From the NCBI GenBank assembly GCA_002104905.1, contig MCFE01000325.1, positions 1 through 64,000 on the forward strand: 64,000 bases of DNA, read 5' to 3'. A program made the translations under genes and the position numbers. The notes under the pieces were generated by a model, which was not told where the DNA came from, ran no database searches, and worked only from the letters and a program-made list of their open reading frames with translations. Source of the DNA: Basidiobolus meristosporus CBS 931.73. Taxonomy: Eukaryota > Fungi > Basidiobolomycota. Below are positions 1-10,270 of the stretch, in pieces; the stretch's first letter is position 1, and the number at the start of each line of letters is the position of its first letter.

Positions 1-143
1 TCTGTATGAAGGAGCACCCGGTCCACATGGTCCATCTTGACGTCTTTGGAAGCCGCTGCTTTCGTTGGGTTACCGGAGACGTTGTCGCAGGTAGCCTGGT
101 CACCACCAAGGGAGTTTTTGTGAGTTCTTTCGACGGCAGACAT
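1..143 (-). CDS. Globin copy 0 (protoglobin/sensor-globin domain protein), 5' part only; runs off the window start
   Basis: Nt 1-143 are nearly identical to the 5' ends of the globins at 1697-2509 and 6572-7384. ATG (cat on +) at 141-143 gives MSAVERTHKNSLGGDQAT... Confidence 0.9.
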   Translation of the reverse strand, partial: MSAVERTHKNSLGGDQATCDNVSGNPTKAAASKDVKMDHVDRVLLHT

Positions 144-1696
144 GACTATTGAGTGATGGATTTTTGAATGAAGTAGACTCGCCCAGACAACCTCATATTT
201 ATACTTCTCCACACAACCGTAAATCCAGTGTAAGAATGGATGAGAAATCAAGCCCAAAAATGGGATTCTATTCGGACATTACTACACTTGGAATAGTTCC
301 TAGTGGACAGAGCGGGGAAGAACAATTCCATCAAAAATAACACTGGCGATTCGATATCAAATCTATAACATATTTGGTTGCCATTTTACTGCCATGATTT
401 GGACTTATCTGATTGACAATGAATAGCCATGCACTGGAATGCCCTGTCAGACTGTTGTGGAATCTATCCATATATACCTGATCTGGATATAATGAAATGA
501 GTGATACGCAACAGAGTTAGCGAAAATACATCGAATACTGGGGATATTGTACCGGAATACTGGAATCACATTAATCTCGCAACTCGGATTTCTCACCAGT
601 CAAAATTTGATATTGTACTTCAGTCGATCTATATCTAGCTGGAAACAGAACAGGGCAGCCTTCTAGTTTGCTAGATTGATGTGTATATTCGTGTCAAGTT
701 AGAGCATTTAGTTGTAGGGGTAACCCATATAGAGCGACCATCATAATGTGGAGCAACTTCTTTTGCGGTTGTGCTCTCCAATACAATTACTTCACAAATC
801 AATCTCGTGGAAAGGTGATCAAGGGGTGGTGCTGATGCGGGTGAAAAGTAGGCAAAAGACCATTTCGTCTCCCGAGCCAGTTCTTCGCTAGCACATGTGA
901 CTACTAGCTTGGGGTAATTCTCCTGCAACTCGGGATAAGCATGTATGTGCGTAATCTGGGCTAATCCATACAGTCTGGGCCGATACAAAACTATCTCGAA
1001 CCAGGTCAATAACCCAACTAATTGCCATATCCTTGGTGGAATCGCAGCATTCATCCAAAACACTGGAAGCTCCATTACTGCATCCCAGACATGCTCATCA
1101 CGTCACGACTTACAGAATCATGGTTATAATGTTCGCGGCAGTGTTCCATTAGGATTTCCCGACGACAACAGTGTTAGTCACGGTCAATTGACTGCGAGCT
1201 ATGCTGCTCGGTAAGGTTGATCGTATGAATAAAGCAAAGCATATGCCCTCATAATGTTAAGCAAAAAGCATCAACCATGAAATCCAAGAGTTGTATTGAA
1301 CCTGCGCACTTTCAGCCAAATGTTCCGTTCTAGCTTTAGATTAATTTAGGTTACTCCAACTTGAGCTTGCACTTGGGTTTCTTGCAAAAGAGTGTATCAG
1401 GTTTGGTGTTACGCCGAGATAACAACCTGCCTGTGAACTTCAACTGACAATTCCAAAGCTTATACAAACCTCCCCACATCATTCACTTGCAACTTTGGAG
1501 TAGAGCACGACCCTCCCACAGCTTGCCATTATAGTATGAACATATGTACTAAGGAAAGTGGTGTGGTTTTCAACGCTGGGAAGGGTAGATAGAGATAGCT
1601 CGACTATCCTAATCATGTCACAACCCGGGATTAAGCTAATAGAATACTGCACAAGTTTATTTATTAAAGAATATAGACAATGTTGATATAACGCTT

Positions 1697-2509
1697 TCAG
1701 ATGCTTTGGGCTAGGAATAATCCCAGGGCAGCTACGACTCCACCAACTAAAGCACTGTTGAGGTTGAATCGGGGAACGGGTGCTGATTGAGCGTGTAGCC
1801 CAAACGAGGCCGGCACATCCGAGCCATCCTTGGTGTAGTATTTGGCAAAGAAGTCGTTCTGAAGCCAAAGGACCTTGTTGAAGGCCAGATTCACTTGCAG
1901 CTCGTGCTCCCGCTCAAGCTGAAGTGAGCCAACCAGCGACATCAGGGTATTCTCGATGAATCCCATGAGCGCAGAGATATGGATGTACTCCACGTTGATC
2001 TTGGACTTCTTTCCCGGGATGTCGGTATGGATCTTGGCCACCCAGTCAAGGTACTTGATCATCCTCTCGTCGTAGGGATTGGCCAGGAGACGGTTGATGT
2101 AGCGGGTCAGCATATCTTTTCTGTACTTGATCTGGGAGCTGTCGACCTTGAGATCCTGCACTTTCTCAACCACCTCCCCAGCGTACCCCTCGTGGCGTTT
2201 GGCCATGGATTCCCAAGTGATGTCGAATGCTCTGAGCTTGTCATACACAGTGTCCACTATGACACCACCTAGAGGGGCCAGTCTCTCCGACACCGATTTG
2301 ATGGCCTGGACATCTTTGTCGGAGAAATCCACAAACTTGGTCACATAGTTGTAGCGATACACCGGATCTGTATGAAGGAGCACCCGGTCCACATGGTCCA
2401 TCTTGACGTCCTTGGAGGCTGCTACTTTCGTTGGCTTACCGGAGACGTTGTCGCGGGTAGTCTGGTCATGACCAAGGGAGTTTTTGGGAGTTCTTTCGAC
2501 GGCAGACAT
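1697..2509 (-). CDS. Globin copy 1: protoglobin-type single-domain globin with hydrophobic C-terminal tail, 270 aa, intronless
   Basis: Motifs YRYNYVTKFVDFSDKD, VDTVYDKL..FDIT, YLDWVAKIH, INVEYIHISALMGF and AFNKVLWLQNDFFAKYY match the fungal Protoglobin (PF11563-like) family as I recall it. Start placed at MSAVER (2509) by comparison with the other copies. C-terminus LNSALVGGVVAALGLFLAQSI is TM-like. Confidence 0.85.
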   Translation of the reverse strand: MSAVERTPKNSLGHDQTTRDNVSGKPTKVAASKDVKMDHVDRVLLHTDPVYRYNYVTKFVDFSDKDVQAIKSVSERLAPLGGVIVDTVYDKLRAFDITWESMAKRHEGYAGEVVEKVQDLKVDSSQIKYRKDMLTRYINRLLANPYDERMIKYLDWVAKIHTDIPGKKSKINVEYIHISALMGFIENTLMSLVGSLQLEREHELQVNLAFNKVLWLQNDFFAKYYTKDGSDVPASFGLHAQSAPVPRFNLNSALVGGVVAALGLFLAQSI

Positions 2510-3762
2510 GGCTATTGAGTGATGGATTTTTGAATGAAGTAGACTCGCCCAGACAACCTCATATTTATACTTCTCCACACAACCGTAAATCCAGTGTAAG
2601 AATGGATGAGAAATCAAGCCCAAAAATGGGATTCTATTCGGACATTACTACACTTGGAACAGTTCGTAATGCAAAGACCAGTGCGGAAGAATAATTCCAT
2701 CACCATTGCAATTAGATATCAAATCAGCCCTGTATTTGGTCGATCACATTACTGATCGGCAGAGATTGAGTTTATCATACCTGAATGCCCCATCAGGTTA
2801 TAATGCATCTATTACTACGGAATATTGGAGTAGTCAGGTTTTGATAAACAGCTAGGGAATGCCAATACTAAACCGTAGTCTATTGGTCCTTCATTCAGCT
2901 TCATCTGATTCGCAGTAGAGAATAACGGCGTGCATTATACCGGAATATTTGAACTTTATTATACTTCACCATATGATAACGTTTTGGATGTCCTCTGATC
3001 TAACGCGGTATCTTGGCCACCATTTTTTCAACAAAACATAAGCTGCTGCTTTCACGCAATCAGCAATGATTGAATTGCCGAGCAACACAGTAAAATTACA
3101 ATCATACGATGGCTATAGTTTCAATTTGTGGTCATTCACCAGTTGCTAAATTAGTCATTTAATCTAATAGAAAGAAAATGTGTCAGTTACTGGATTCCTG
3201 GGGAGCACCCAACAGGTACCAAGTAATACTCCAATTTCTTGTAGGTGGATATATTTCACAACTTTCGCGACTCTTGGCGGATAAAATTCTGAATCTTGGT
3301 ATTGGATATCTGTTCTGAGTAAAACTATGGATGTAAAGGCCGCGTCATTGCGAATTTTGTAAGCAGTTTCCGCATCAAACTTGAGAAATATTGGTGATCA
3401 CGGATACGATCGCCACAAATCCTTCCCCTGAAAGGATGGGATGCTTCCGACTTGGATAGCTATGGTGAGGATATCACGAATTTACTAGTGATAAATGTGG
3501 ATTAATGAACAGGTCAGACCAGTAAAAGTGGTGACTACAGGCAGTGCGGAGTGAACGGCAACGATGCCATTGAATATCTCTTAACCAGCTCCATGAGCAT
3601 GCATTACCACAGGGATGGGCTCGTATCACTATTTAATGCTTTAAACTTGAGAAAAACATCACTTGATTGGGTATGTGTGAATTTTATTATTACGTTGGCT
3701 TGGCTAATGATTGGATTTATATTACATGATGGCGATGTGTGGAATGCAAGTGATGGATGGCT

Positions 3763-5445
3763 CTAAAGCAACATTCCAGCAATAGTGGCACTCATCAGTG
3801 TGGACATCGTGCCACACAACATCGCTGAGAAGGCGAGCTCGGCCAGATCCTTCTTGCGACTAGGTGCCATAGCCCCCAAGGCACCAATCTGGATACCGAT
3901 GGATCCGAAATTGGCGAATCCGCACAGGCAGTAAATGCCCAGTGATGCTGTTCTCTGCTCCAAGGCCCCCGAGGTGGTGAGGTTGGCAAGCTCGGCGAAC
4001 GCGGCGAACTCGTTCACAAACATCTTGGTGGCCATCAGGCGAGCGACAGTGAGGAGATCTCTGTTTGGGATGCCAACCAGCCACATGAAAGGATAGAACA
4101 GGTAGCCAACGATGAACTCCAGGGTGAGGTTGTCGATGTTGAAGAAGTTCCCGACCCAGGTGAGGAACGAGTTGACCAGCGCAAGCAATGAGATGAACGA
4201 GATGACAGTGGCTAGAATCAGCAAAGCCAAGTGGATACCCTGGGCAGCTCCGTTGGAGGCAGCATGGAGGAAATTGGCCTCCTTGTCTTCACTCTCGGGG
4301 ATTCTCACCTTGCCCTTGGTGACTGGCTCACCAGTCTCCGGGTAGCGCATTTTGGAGATGGCAAGACCGCAAGGAACCGACATCACACACGAGGTGATCA
4401 AGGTCTGTGCATCGACCTTCATTGAGATGAAGGCAACGAGCACAGAGCCGGAGATAGTGGCAAAGCCAGAGGTCATGGCCGAGTGAAGCTCACTGCGAGT
4501 GAGGGTTTCCAAGAATGGCAGGATCAGTAAGGATGATTCGCCCATGCCAACGAATGGCGAGGCAGCAGCGACCACAGACTCGGCTCCACTGGTGCCCATG
4601 AGTCTGACCATCAACCAGGCGAACTTTCGGACGATCCATTGCATACCACCGAGATAGTACACTACCTTGACAATGGCCGCGAAGAAGATCACAGCTGGCA
4701 ACACGGTGAACACAAAGATGCCGATGTTGGCGATGTCGTCGTTGGTTACGAACGACAGGCCTGACTTGGAGAAGTGAAGCAGAGTGGAGCACATGTTCGA
4801 GAGCCAGCTGAAGATGTCGTAGCCGACAGAGGTCTTGAGGATGAACAAGCCGAGAAGGAACTGGAGCAAAACACCCACGACGACAGTTCTCCAGGGGATG
4901 AGCTTGCGGTTGTTCGACGTGGCAAACAGAACGCCAATGAATATCACCAGCCCCAGGAGAGATCTCAACCGATCCATACGGGTACTGTGACCCTCTTGGA
5001 TGGGAAGCGCCAAGGTGACTGAAACGATCAAGCCGACAGGAAGCAGAACACCCAGGACAAGACGGATCTTCTCGGGGATGGCAAAGACGACCTTGAAGAT
5101 GGCACCAAAGAACATGCCTAACGGCTTGGAAAGAATCCTGGTGGTAACGTGGTAGAACATAAGCTTTAAGGAGACAAAGGCCCACAGAAGGGACAGGACC
5201 AGGGAATCCTTTCCGTGCAATATCCAGGCACCGATCATCAATCCGGTGATGACCAGAAACATCAATAGATGGAACCATAAGCGAAAGCGACGGTAGAATG
5301 ACTGTGGCTGATCCTCCGTTGAGGTGTCGATCTCCTTCTTCTCCTCAGGGTAGGTGTCGTTGGCACTTACTGGAAGAAAGGAGGGAGGGTGTGATTCGGA
5401 GCTCCTTCGCACTTCTGGTGCTTCACAAGAGTTATTCGAGTTCAT
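3763..5445 (-). CDS. CNT: Concentrative nucleoside transporter (CNT/SLC28 family), copy 1, 560 aa, intronless
   Basis: CNT motifs WRTVVVGVLLQF, FVFTVLPAVIFF, GTSGAESVVAAASPFVGMGES, GFATISGSV, KMFVNEFAAF, CGFANFGSIGIQIG. The extra N-terminal TM segments are of the eukaryotic type. Confidence 0.95.
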   Translation of the reverse strand: MNSNNSCEAPEVRRSSESHPPSFLPVSANDTYPEEKKEIDTSTEDQPQSFYRRFRLWFHLLMFLVITGLMIGAWILHGKDSLVLSLLWAFVSLKLMFYHVTTRILSKPLGMFFGAIFKVVFAIPEKIRLVLGVLLPVGLIVSVTLALPIQEGHSTRMDRLRSLLGLVIFIGVLFATSNNRKLIPWRTVVVGVLLQFLLGLFILKTSVGYDIFSWLSNMCSTLLHFSKSGLSFVTNDDIANIGIFVFTVLPAVIFFAAIVKVVYYLGGMQWIVRKFAWLMVRLMGTSGAESVVAAASPFVGMGESSLLILPFLETLTRSELHSAMTSGFATISGSVLVAFISMKVDAQTLITSCVMSVPCGLAISKMRYPETGEPVTKGKVRIPESEDKEANFLHAASNGAAQGIHLALLILATVISFISLLALVNSFLTWVGNFFNIDNLTLEFIVGYLFYPFMWLVGIPNRDLLTVARLMATKMFVNEFAAFAELANLTTSGALEQRTASLGIYCLCGFANFGSIGIQIGALGAMAPSRKKDLAELAFSAMLCGTMSTLMSATIAGMLL

Positions 5446-6571
5446 AATGAGAAATTAGATGCTGTTAGTGATAATGATGATGGCATACCGAGATCGTTCG
5501 GTATATATATTCAACCTCATTCCAACACCATTGCTTATGTCAAGTGAATCTCGCCTTATATGGCAGTCATTAAAAGTATTTAGCATTCAATACAAATCCG
5601 GTGGACGCTTATTTCATCGAAGCGTTCGATGGTCGAACAGGATCAGGGAAGGCGTTCCGATTTAGGCATTAGAAGCGTGTTCGATCATTAGGTATTAAGA
5701 TTAATCGATCACTTGGCCAAAAATAGTATTATTCAATGCACTGTATCAAACTCGGAGTATGAATATGGTAAAGTGGTATGAAACTTGGATAAAGCTTGAA
5801 GCCATAATCTTATTCATAAATTGAGGCCGATTCTTTGGAACACCCGCCATCCAGCCAGTTTGTATCGAATACGATGGTAAGATCTTCAATAGTTGATATT
5901 ACTTCCCTAAAGCTGCCCTACAACGGAATCAAAAATTACCGAAGATATTCTTCATTTCCATCTTCACGTGGTGAGTATTGCCTTCAGTAAGGAAAGAGCA
6001 TCAGAAACCTCCCATCCAATATAGGAACATTAGAGAGACTCACATTCCAGGCGTGGGAAAGGCAATCTCTTGGGCTCCGGATCTTTTTGCCTATATTTAC
6101 GACCATGCATATTAATCATAAATATGGTACCCCAAGATGATCGCTGTTCATCTGCCTATTTATGGAGATGTTGTTCACCTTGTTTCTATACTGGGTTAGT
6201 AAGGACATGTTGCAAGAAAAAAACTTGCCGTCTTTGCAAGATCAGCTTCTCTTGGCTGTGGGCTATAAACCGTGCAGGGCTTGATGCTTACATATAGAGA
6301 TTTGGTGTTTCGTGCAGAAGTATATTCAGGAGAATATATTCGCACTACTATTTCCAACAAATTCAGCCATGATATCTAAAAGCTTTTCACTTTTCTGAAT
6401 ATGGAAATAATAGAACGAATACTTCGGTCAGTAGGGTGGTTAGCAAAGAATGCATGAGGGGGAGCTGAAAGGAAGGCCGCTGAGCTTATTTTTATTGCCA
6501 AACTGGTGTTCGTGAGAAATGAACCTTACGCTTATTTATTAGAGAATGTACACAATGTTTATACAATGCTT

Positions 6572-7384
6572 TCAGATGCTTTGGGCTAGGAATAATCCCA
6601 GGGCAGCTACGACTCCACCAACTAAAGCACTGTTGAGGTTGAATCGGGGAGCAGGTACTGGTTGTGCGTGCAGCCCAAACGAGGCCGGTACATCCGAGCC
6701 ATCCTTGGTGTAGTATTTGGCAAAGAAGTCGTTCTGAAGCCAAAGAACCTTGTTGAAGGCCAGATTCACTTGCAGCTCGTGCTCCCGCTCAAGCTGAAGT
6801 GAGCCAACCAGCGACATCAGGGTATTCTCGATGAAGCCCATGAGCGCAGAGATATGGATGTACTCCACGTTGATCTTGGACTTCTTTCCCGGGATGTCGG
6901 TATGGATCTTGGCCACCCAGTCAAGGTACTTGATCATCCTCTCGTCGTAGGGATTGGCCAGGAGACGGTTGATGTAGCGGGTCAGCATATCTTTTCTGTA
7001 CTTGATCTGGGAGCTGTCGACCTTGAGATCCTGCACTTTCTCAACCACCTCCCCAGCGTACCCCTCGTGGCGTTTGGCCATGGATTCCCAAGTGATGTCG
7101 AATGCTCTGAGCTTGTCATACACAGTGTCCACTATGACACCACCAAGAGGGGCCAGTCTCTTCGACACCGATTTGATGGCCTGGACATCTTTGTCGGAGA
7201 AATCCACAAACTTGGCCACATAGTTGTAGCGATACACCGGATCTGTATGAAGGAGCACCCTGTCTACATGGTCCATCTTGACGTCTTTGGAAGCCGCTGC
7301 TTTCGTTGGGTTACCGGAGACGTTGTCGCGGGTAGTCTGGTCATGACCAAGGGAGTTTTTGTGGGTTCTTTCGACGGTAAACAT
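6572..7384 (-). CDS. Globin copy 2, 270 aa, intronless
   Basis: Same length and motifs as copy 1, with few substitutions (N-terminus MFTVERTHK; tail QPVPAPR). Confidence 0.85.
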   Translation of the reverse strand: MFTVERTHKNSLGHDQTTRDNVSGNPTKAAASKDVKMDHVDRVLLHTDPVYRYNYVAKFVDFSDKDVQAIKSVSKRLAPLGGVIVDTVYDKLRAFDITWESMAKRHEGYAGEVVEKVQDLKVDSSQIKYRKDMLTRYINRLLANPYDERMIKYLDWVAKIHTDIPGKKSKINVEYIHISALMGFIENTLMSLVGSLQLEREHELQVNLAFNKVLWLQNDFFAKYYTKDGSDVPASFGLHAQPVPAPRFNLNSALVGGVVAALGLFLAQSI

Positions 7385-8587
7385 GGCTATTGAGTAATGG
7401 ATTTACGAATGAAGTAGACTTGCCCATACACCCTCATATTTATACTTCTCCACACAACTGTAAATCCAGTGTATGAACTGATGAGAAATCGAGCCCTAAA
7501 ATGGGAATTGCACCAAACCCTATGAAGACATCGCTCTGTTTGGAAGAGCTCTTGGAGCAGAGGCCAGTGGAGAAGTATATTCCATCACAAATCTTCCCCG
7601 TATTTGGTTGAAGACTTATCTGATTGACAATATATGAGATATCGATATCAAATCTCAACCGCATTTGGTAGATATCTGGTTTTATCTGATCCACAGTGCT
7701 GAACAACTGAGTGTATTATTCACTCGACCATCTGATTACCTTGCTGATACTCTTAATTTGCCATCGTTTACTTGATGACTATATGTATATGTATTCAATG
7801 GATCCAGGCTTGGTAATAACCCTGTTCAGGTGATGCTTTCAAGTGAGGTAAAGAGATAGTCGCTCATCGACAATTATATGAGCAATTTCATGGAATCGAA
7901 GGAATACTTCATATTCCGATTACCAGAGTCTCCCAATGGGTACAAATCGAGAATCTCAGCCATTATACTGACTATCTGTTTCTGCAATTGTTATCGTTAC
8001 GGTGTGACACTGTTGCGAATCTTGTTCACCGCTCTCACATTATGATTAGGGAGCGATGGTGTTTCAAATACGGTTATAATACGAATTACCCTCGTGAGAT
8101 GGTAGGGGTATATTCGATATTAAAATCGTAGGATGAACGCTCTCTATGCAGGCAACTATTAGGAACTCGGCAGTGGTAAATGAGTTCAAATTTTGTTATC
8201 GGCTTCCGTATTAAACTTGAAAATGTTAGTGATCACGAATTCGATTACCTCAAATCCTTCCCCTGAAAGGATGGTGTGCTTCCGACTTGGATAGCTATGG
8301 TGAGGATATCATGAATTTAGTAGTGGTAAATAATAATAACAAGCCAGTAAAAGCGGTGACTACGGGCAGTGCGGAGTGAACGGCAACGATGCCATTGAAT
8401 ATCTCTTAACCAGCTCCATGAGCGCGTATTACCACAGGGATGGGCTGGTATCACTATTTAATGCTTTAAACTTGAGAAAAACATCACTTGATTGTGTATG
8501 TGTGAATTTTATTATTACGTTGGCTTGGCTAATGATTGGATTTATATTACATGATGGCGATGTGTGGAATGCAAGTGATGGATGGCT

Positions 8588-10270
8588 CTAAAGCAACATT
8601 CCAGCAATAGTGGCACTCATCAGTGTGGACATCGTGCCACACAACATCGCTGAGAAGGCGAGCTCGGCCAGATCCTTCTTGCGACTAGGTGCCATAGCCC
8701 CCAAGGCACCAATCTGGATACCGATGGATCCGAAATTGGCGAATCCGCACAGGCAGTAAATGCCCAGTGATGCTGTTCTCTGCTCCAAGGCCCCCGAGGT
8801 GGTGAGGTTGGCGAGCTCGGCGAACGCGGCGAACTCGTTCACAAACATCTTGGTGGCCATCAGGCGAGCGACAGTGAGGAGATCTCTGTTTGGGATGCCA
8901 ACCAGCCACATGAAAGGATAGAACAGGTAGCCAACGATGAACTCCAGGGTGAGGTTGTCGATGTTGAAGAAGTTTCCGACCCAGGTGAGGAACGAGTTGA
9001 CCAGCGCAAGCAATGAGATGAACGAGATGACAGTGGCTAGAATCAGCAAAGCCAAGTGGATACCCTGGGCAGCTCCGTTGGAGGCAGCATGGAGGAAATT
9101 GGCCTCCTTGTCTTCACTCTCGGGGATTCTCACCTTGCCCTTGGTGACTGGCTCACCAGTCTCCGGGTAGCGCATTTTGGAGATGGCAAGACCGCAAGGA
9201 ACCGACATCACACACGAGGTGATCAAGGTCTGTGCATCGACCTTCATTGAGATGAAGGCAACCAGCACAGAGCCGGAGATGGTGGCAAAGCCAGAGGTCA
9301 TGGCCGAGTGAAGCTCACTGCGAGTAAGGGTTTCCAAGAATGGCAGGATCAGTAAGGATGATTCGCCCATGCCAACGAATGGCGAGGCAGCAGCGACCAC
9401 AGACTCAGCTCCACTGGTGCCCATGAGTCTGACCATCAACCAGGCGAACTTTCGGACGATCCATTGCATACCACCGAGGTAGTACACTACCTTGACAATG
9501 GCCGCGAAGAAGATCACAGCTGGCAACACGGTGAACACAAAGATGCCGATGTTGGCGATGTCGTCGTTGGTTACGAACGACAGGCCTGATTTGGAGAAAT
9601 GAAGCAGAGTGGAGCACATGTTCGAGAGCCAGCTGAAGATGTCATAGCCGACAGAGGTCTTGAGGATGAACAAGCCGAGAAGGAACTGGAGCAAAACACC
9701 CACGACGACAGTTCTCCAGGGGATGAGCTTGCGGTTGTTCGACGTGGCAAACAGAACGCCAATGAATATCACCAGCCCCAGGAGAGATCTCAACCGATCC
9801 ATACGGGTACTGTGACCCTCTTGGATGGGAAGCGCCAAGGTGACTGAAACGATCAAGCCGACAGGAAGCAGAACGCCCAGGACAAGACGGATCTTCTCGG
9901 GGATGGCAAAGACGACCTTGAAGATGGCACCAAAGAACATGCCCAACGGCTTGGAAAGAATCCTGGTGGTAACGTGGTAGAACATAAGCTTTAAGGAGAC
10001 AAAGGCCCACAGAAGGGACAGGACCAGGGAATCCTTTCCGTGCAATATCCAGGCACCGATCATCAATCCGGTGATGACCAGAAACATCAATAGATGGAAC
10101 CATAAGCGAAAGCGACGGTAGAATGATTGTGGCTGATCCTCCGTTGAGGTGTCGATCTCCTTCTTCTCCTCAGGGTAGGTGTCGTTGGCACTTACTGGAA
10201 GAAAGGAGGGAGGGTGTGATTCGGAGCTCCTTCGCACTTCTGGTGCCTCACAAGAGTTGATTGAGTTCAT
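8588..10270 (-). CDS. CNT: Concentrative nucleoside transporter (CNT/SLC28), copy 2, 560 aa
   Basis: 1683 nt like copy 1. About 17 substitutions counted by eye, nearly all synonymous. Start MNSINS at 10270. Confidence 0.95.
   Translation of the reverse strand: MNSINSCEAPEVRRSSESHPPSFLPVSANDTYPEEKKEIDTSTEDQPQSFYRRFRLWFHLLMFLVITGLMIGAWILHGKDSLVLSLLWAFVSLKLMFYHVTTRILSKPLGMFFGAIFKVVFAIPEKIRLVLGVLLPVGLIVSVTLALPIQEGHSTRMDRLRSLLGLVIFIGVLFATSNNRKLIPWRTVVVGVLLQFLLGLFILKTSVGYDIFSWLSNMCSTLLHFSKSGLSFVTNDDIANIGIFVFTVLPAVIFFAAIVKVVYYLGGMQWIVRKFAWLMVRLMGTSGAESVVAAASPFVGMGESSLLILPFLETLTRSELHSAMTSGFATISGSVLVAFISMKVDAQTLITSCVMSVPCGLAISKMRYPETGEPVTKGKVRIPESEDKEANFLHAASNGAAQGIHLALLILATVISFISLLALVNSFLTWVGNFFNIDNLTLEFIVGYLFYPFMWLVGIPNRDLLTVARLMATKMFVNEFAAFAELANLTTSGALEQRTASLGIYCLCGFANFGSIGIQIGALGAMAPSRKKDLAELAFSAMLCGTMSTLMSATIAGMLL

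Noticed and set aside
4490-10103. Alternative-frame ORFs (262 aa, 153 aa, 179 aa and others) within the CNT and globin genes
   Set aside because: Synonymous changes between the duplicates break them (262 aa in copy 1 vs 153+70 aa in copy 2), so they are not under selection.
3763-10270. Bacterial horizontal transfer of the intronless CNT genes
   Set aside because: The proteins have the extra N-terminal TM region of eukaryotic CNTs. Lack of introns alone is insufficient, since eRF3 is also intronless. A phylogeny would be needed.
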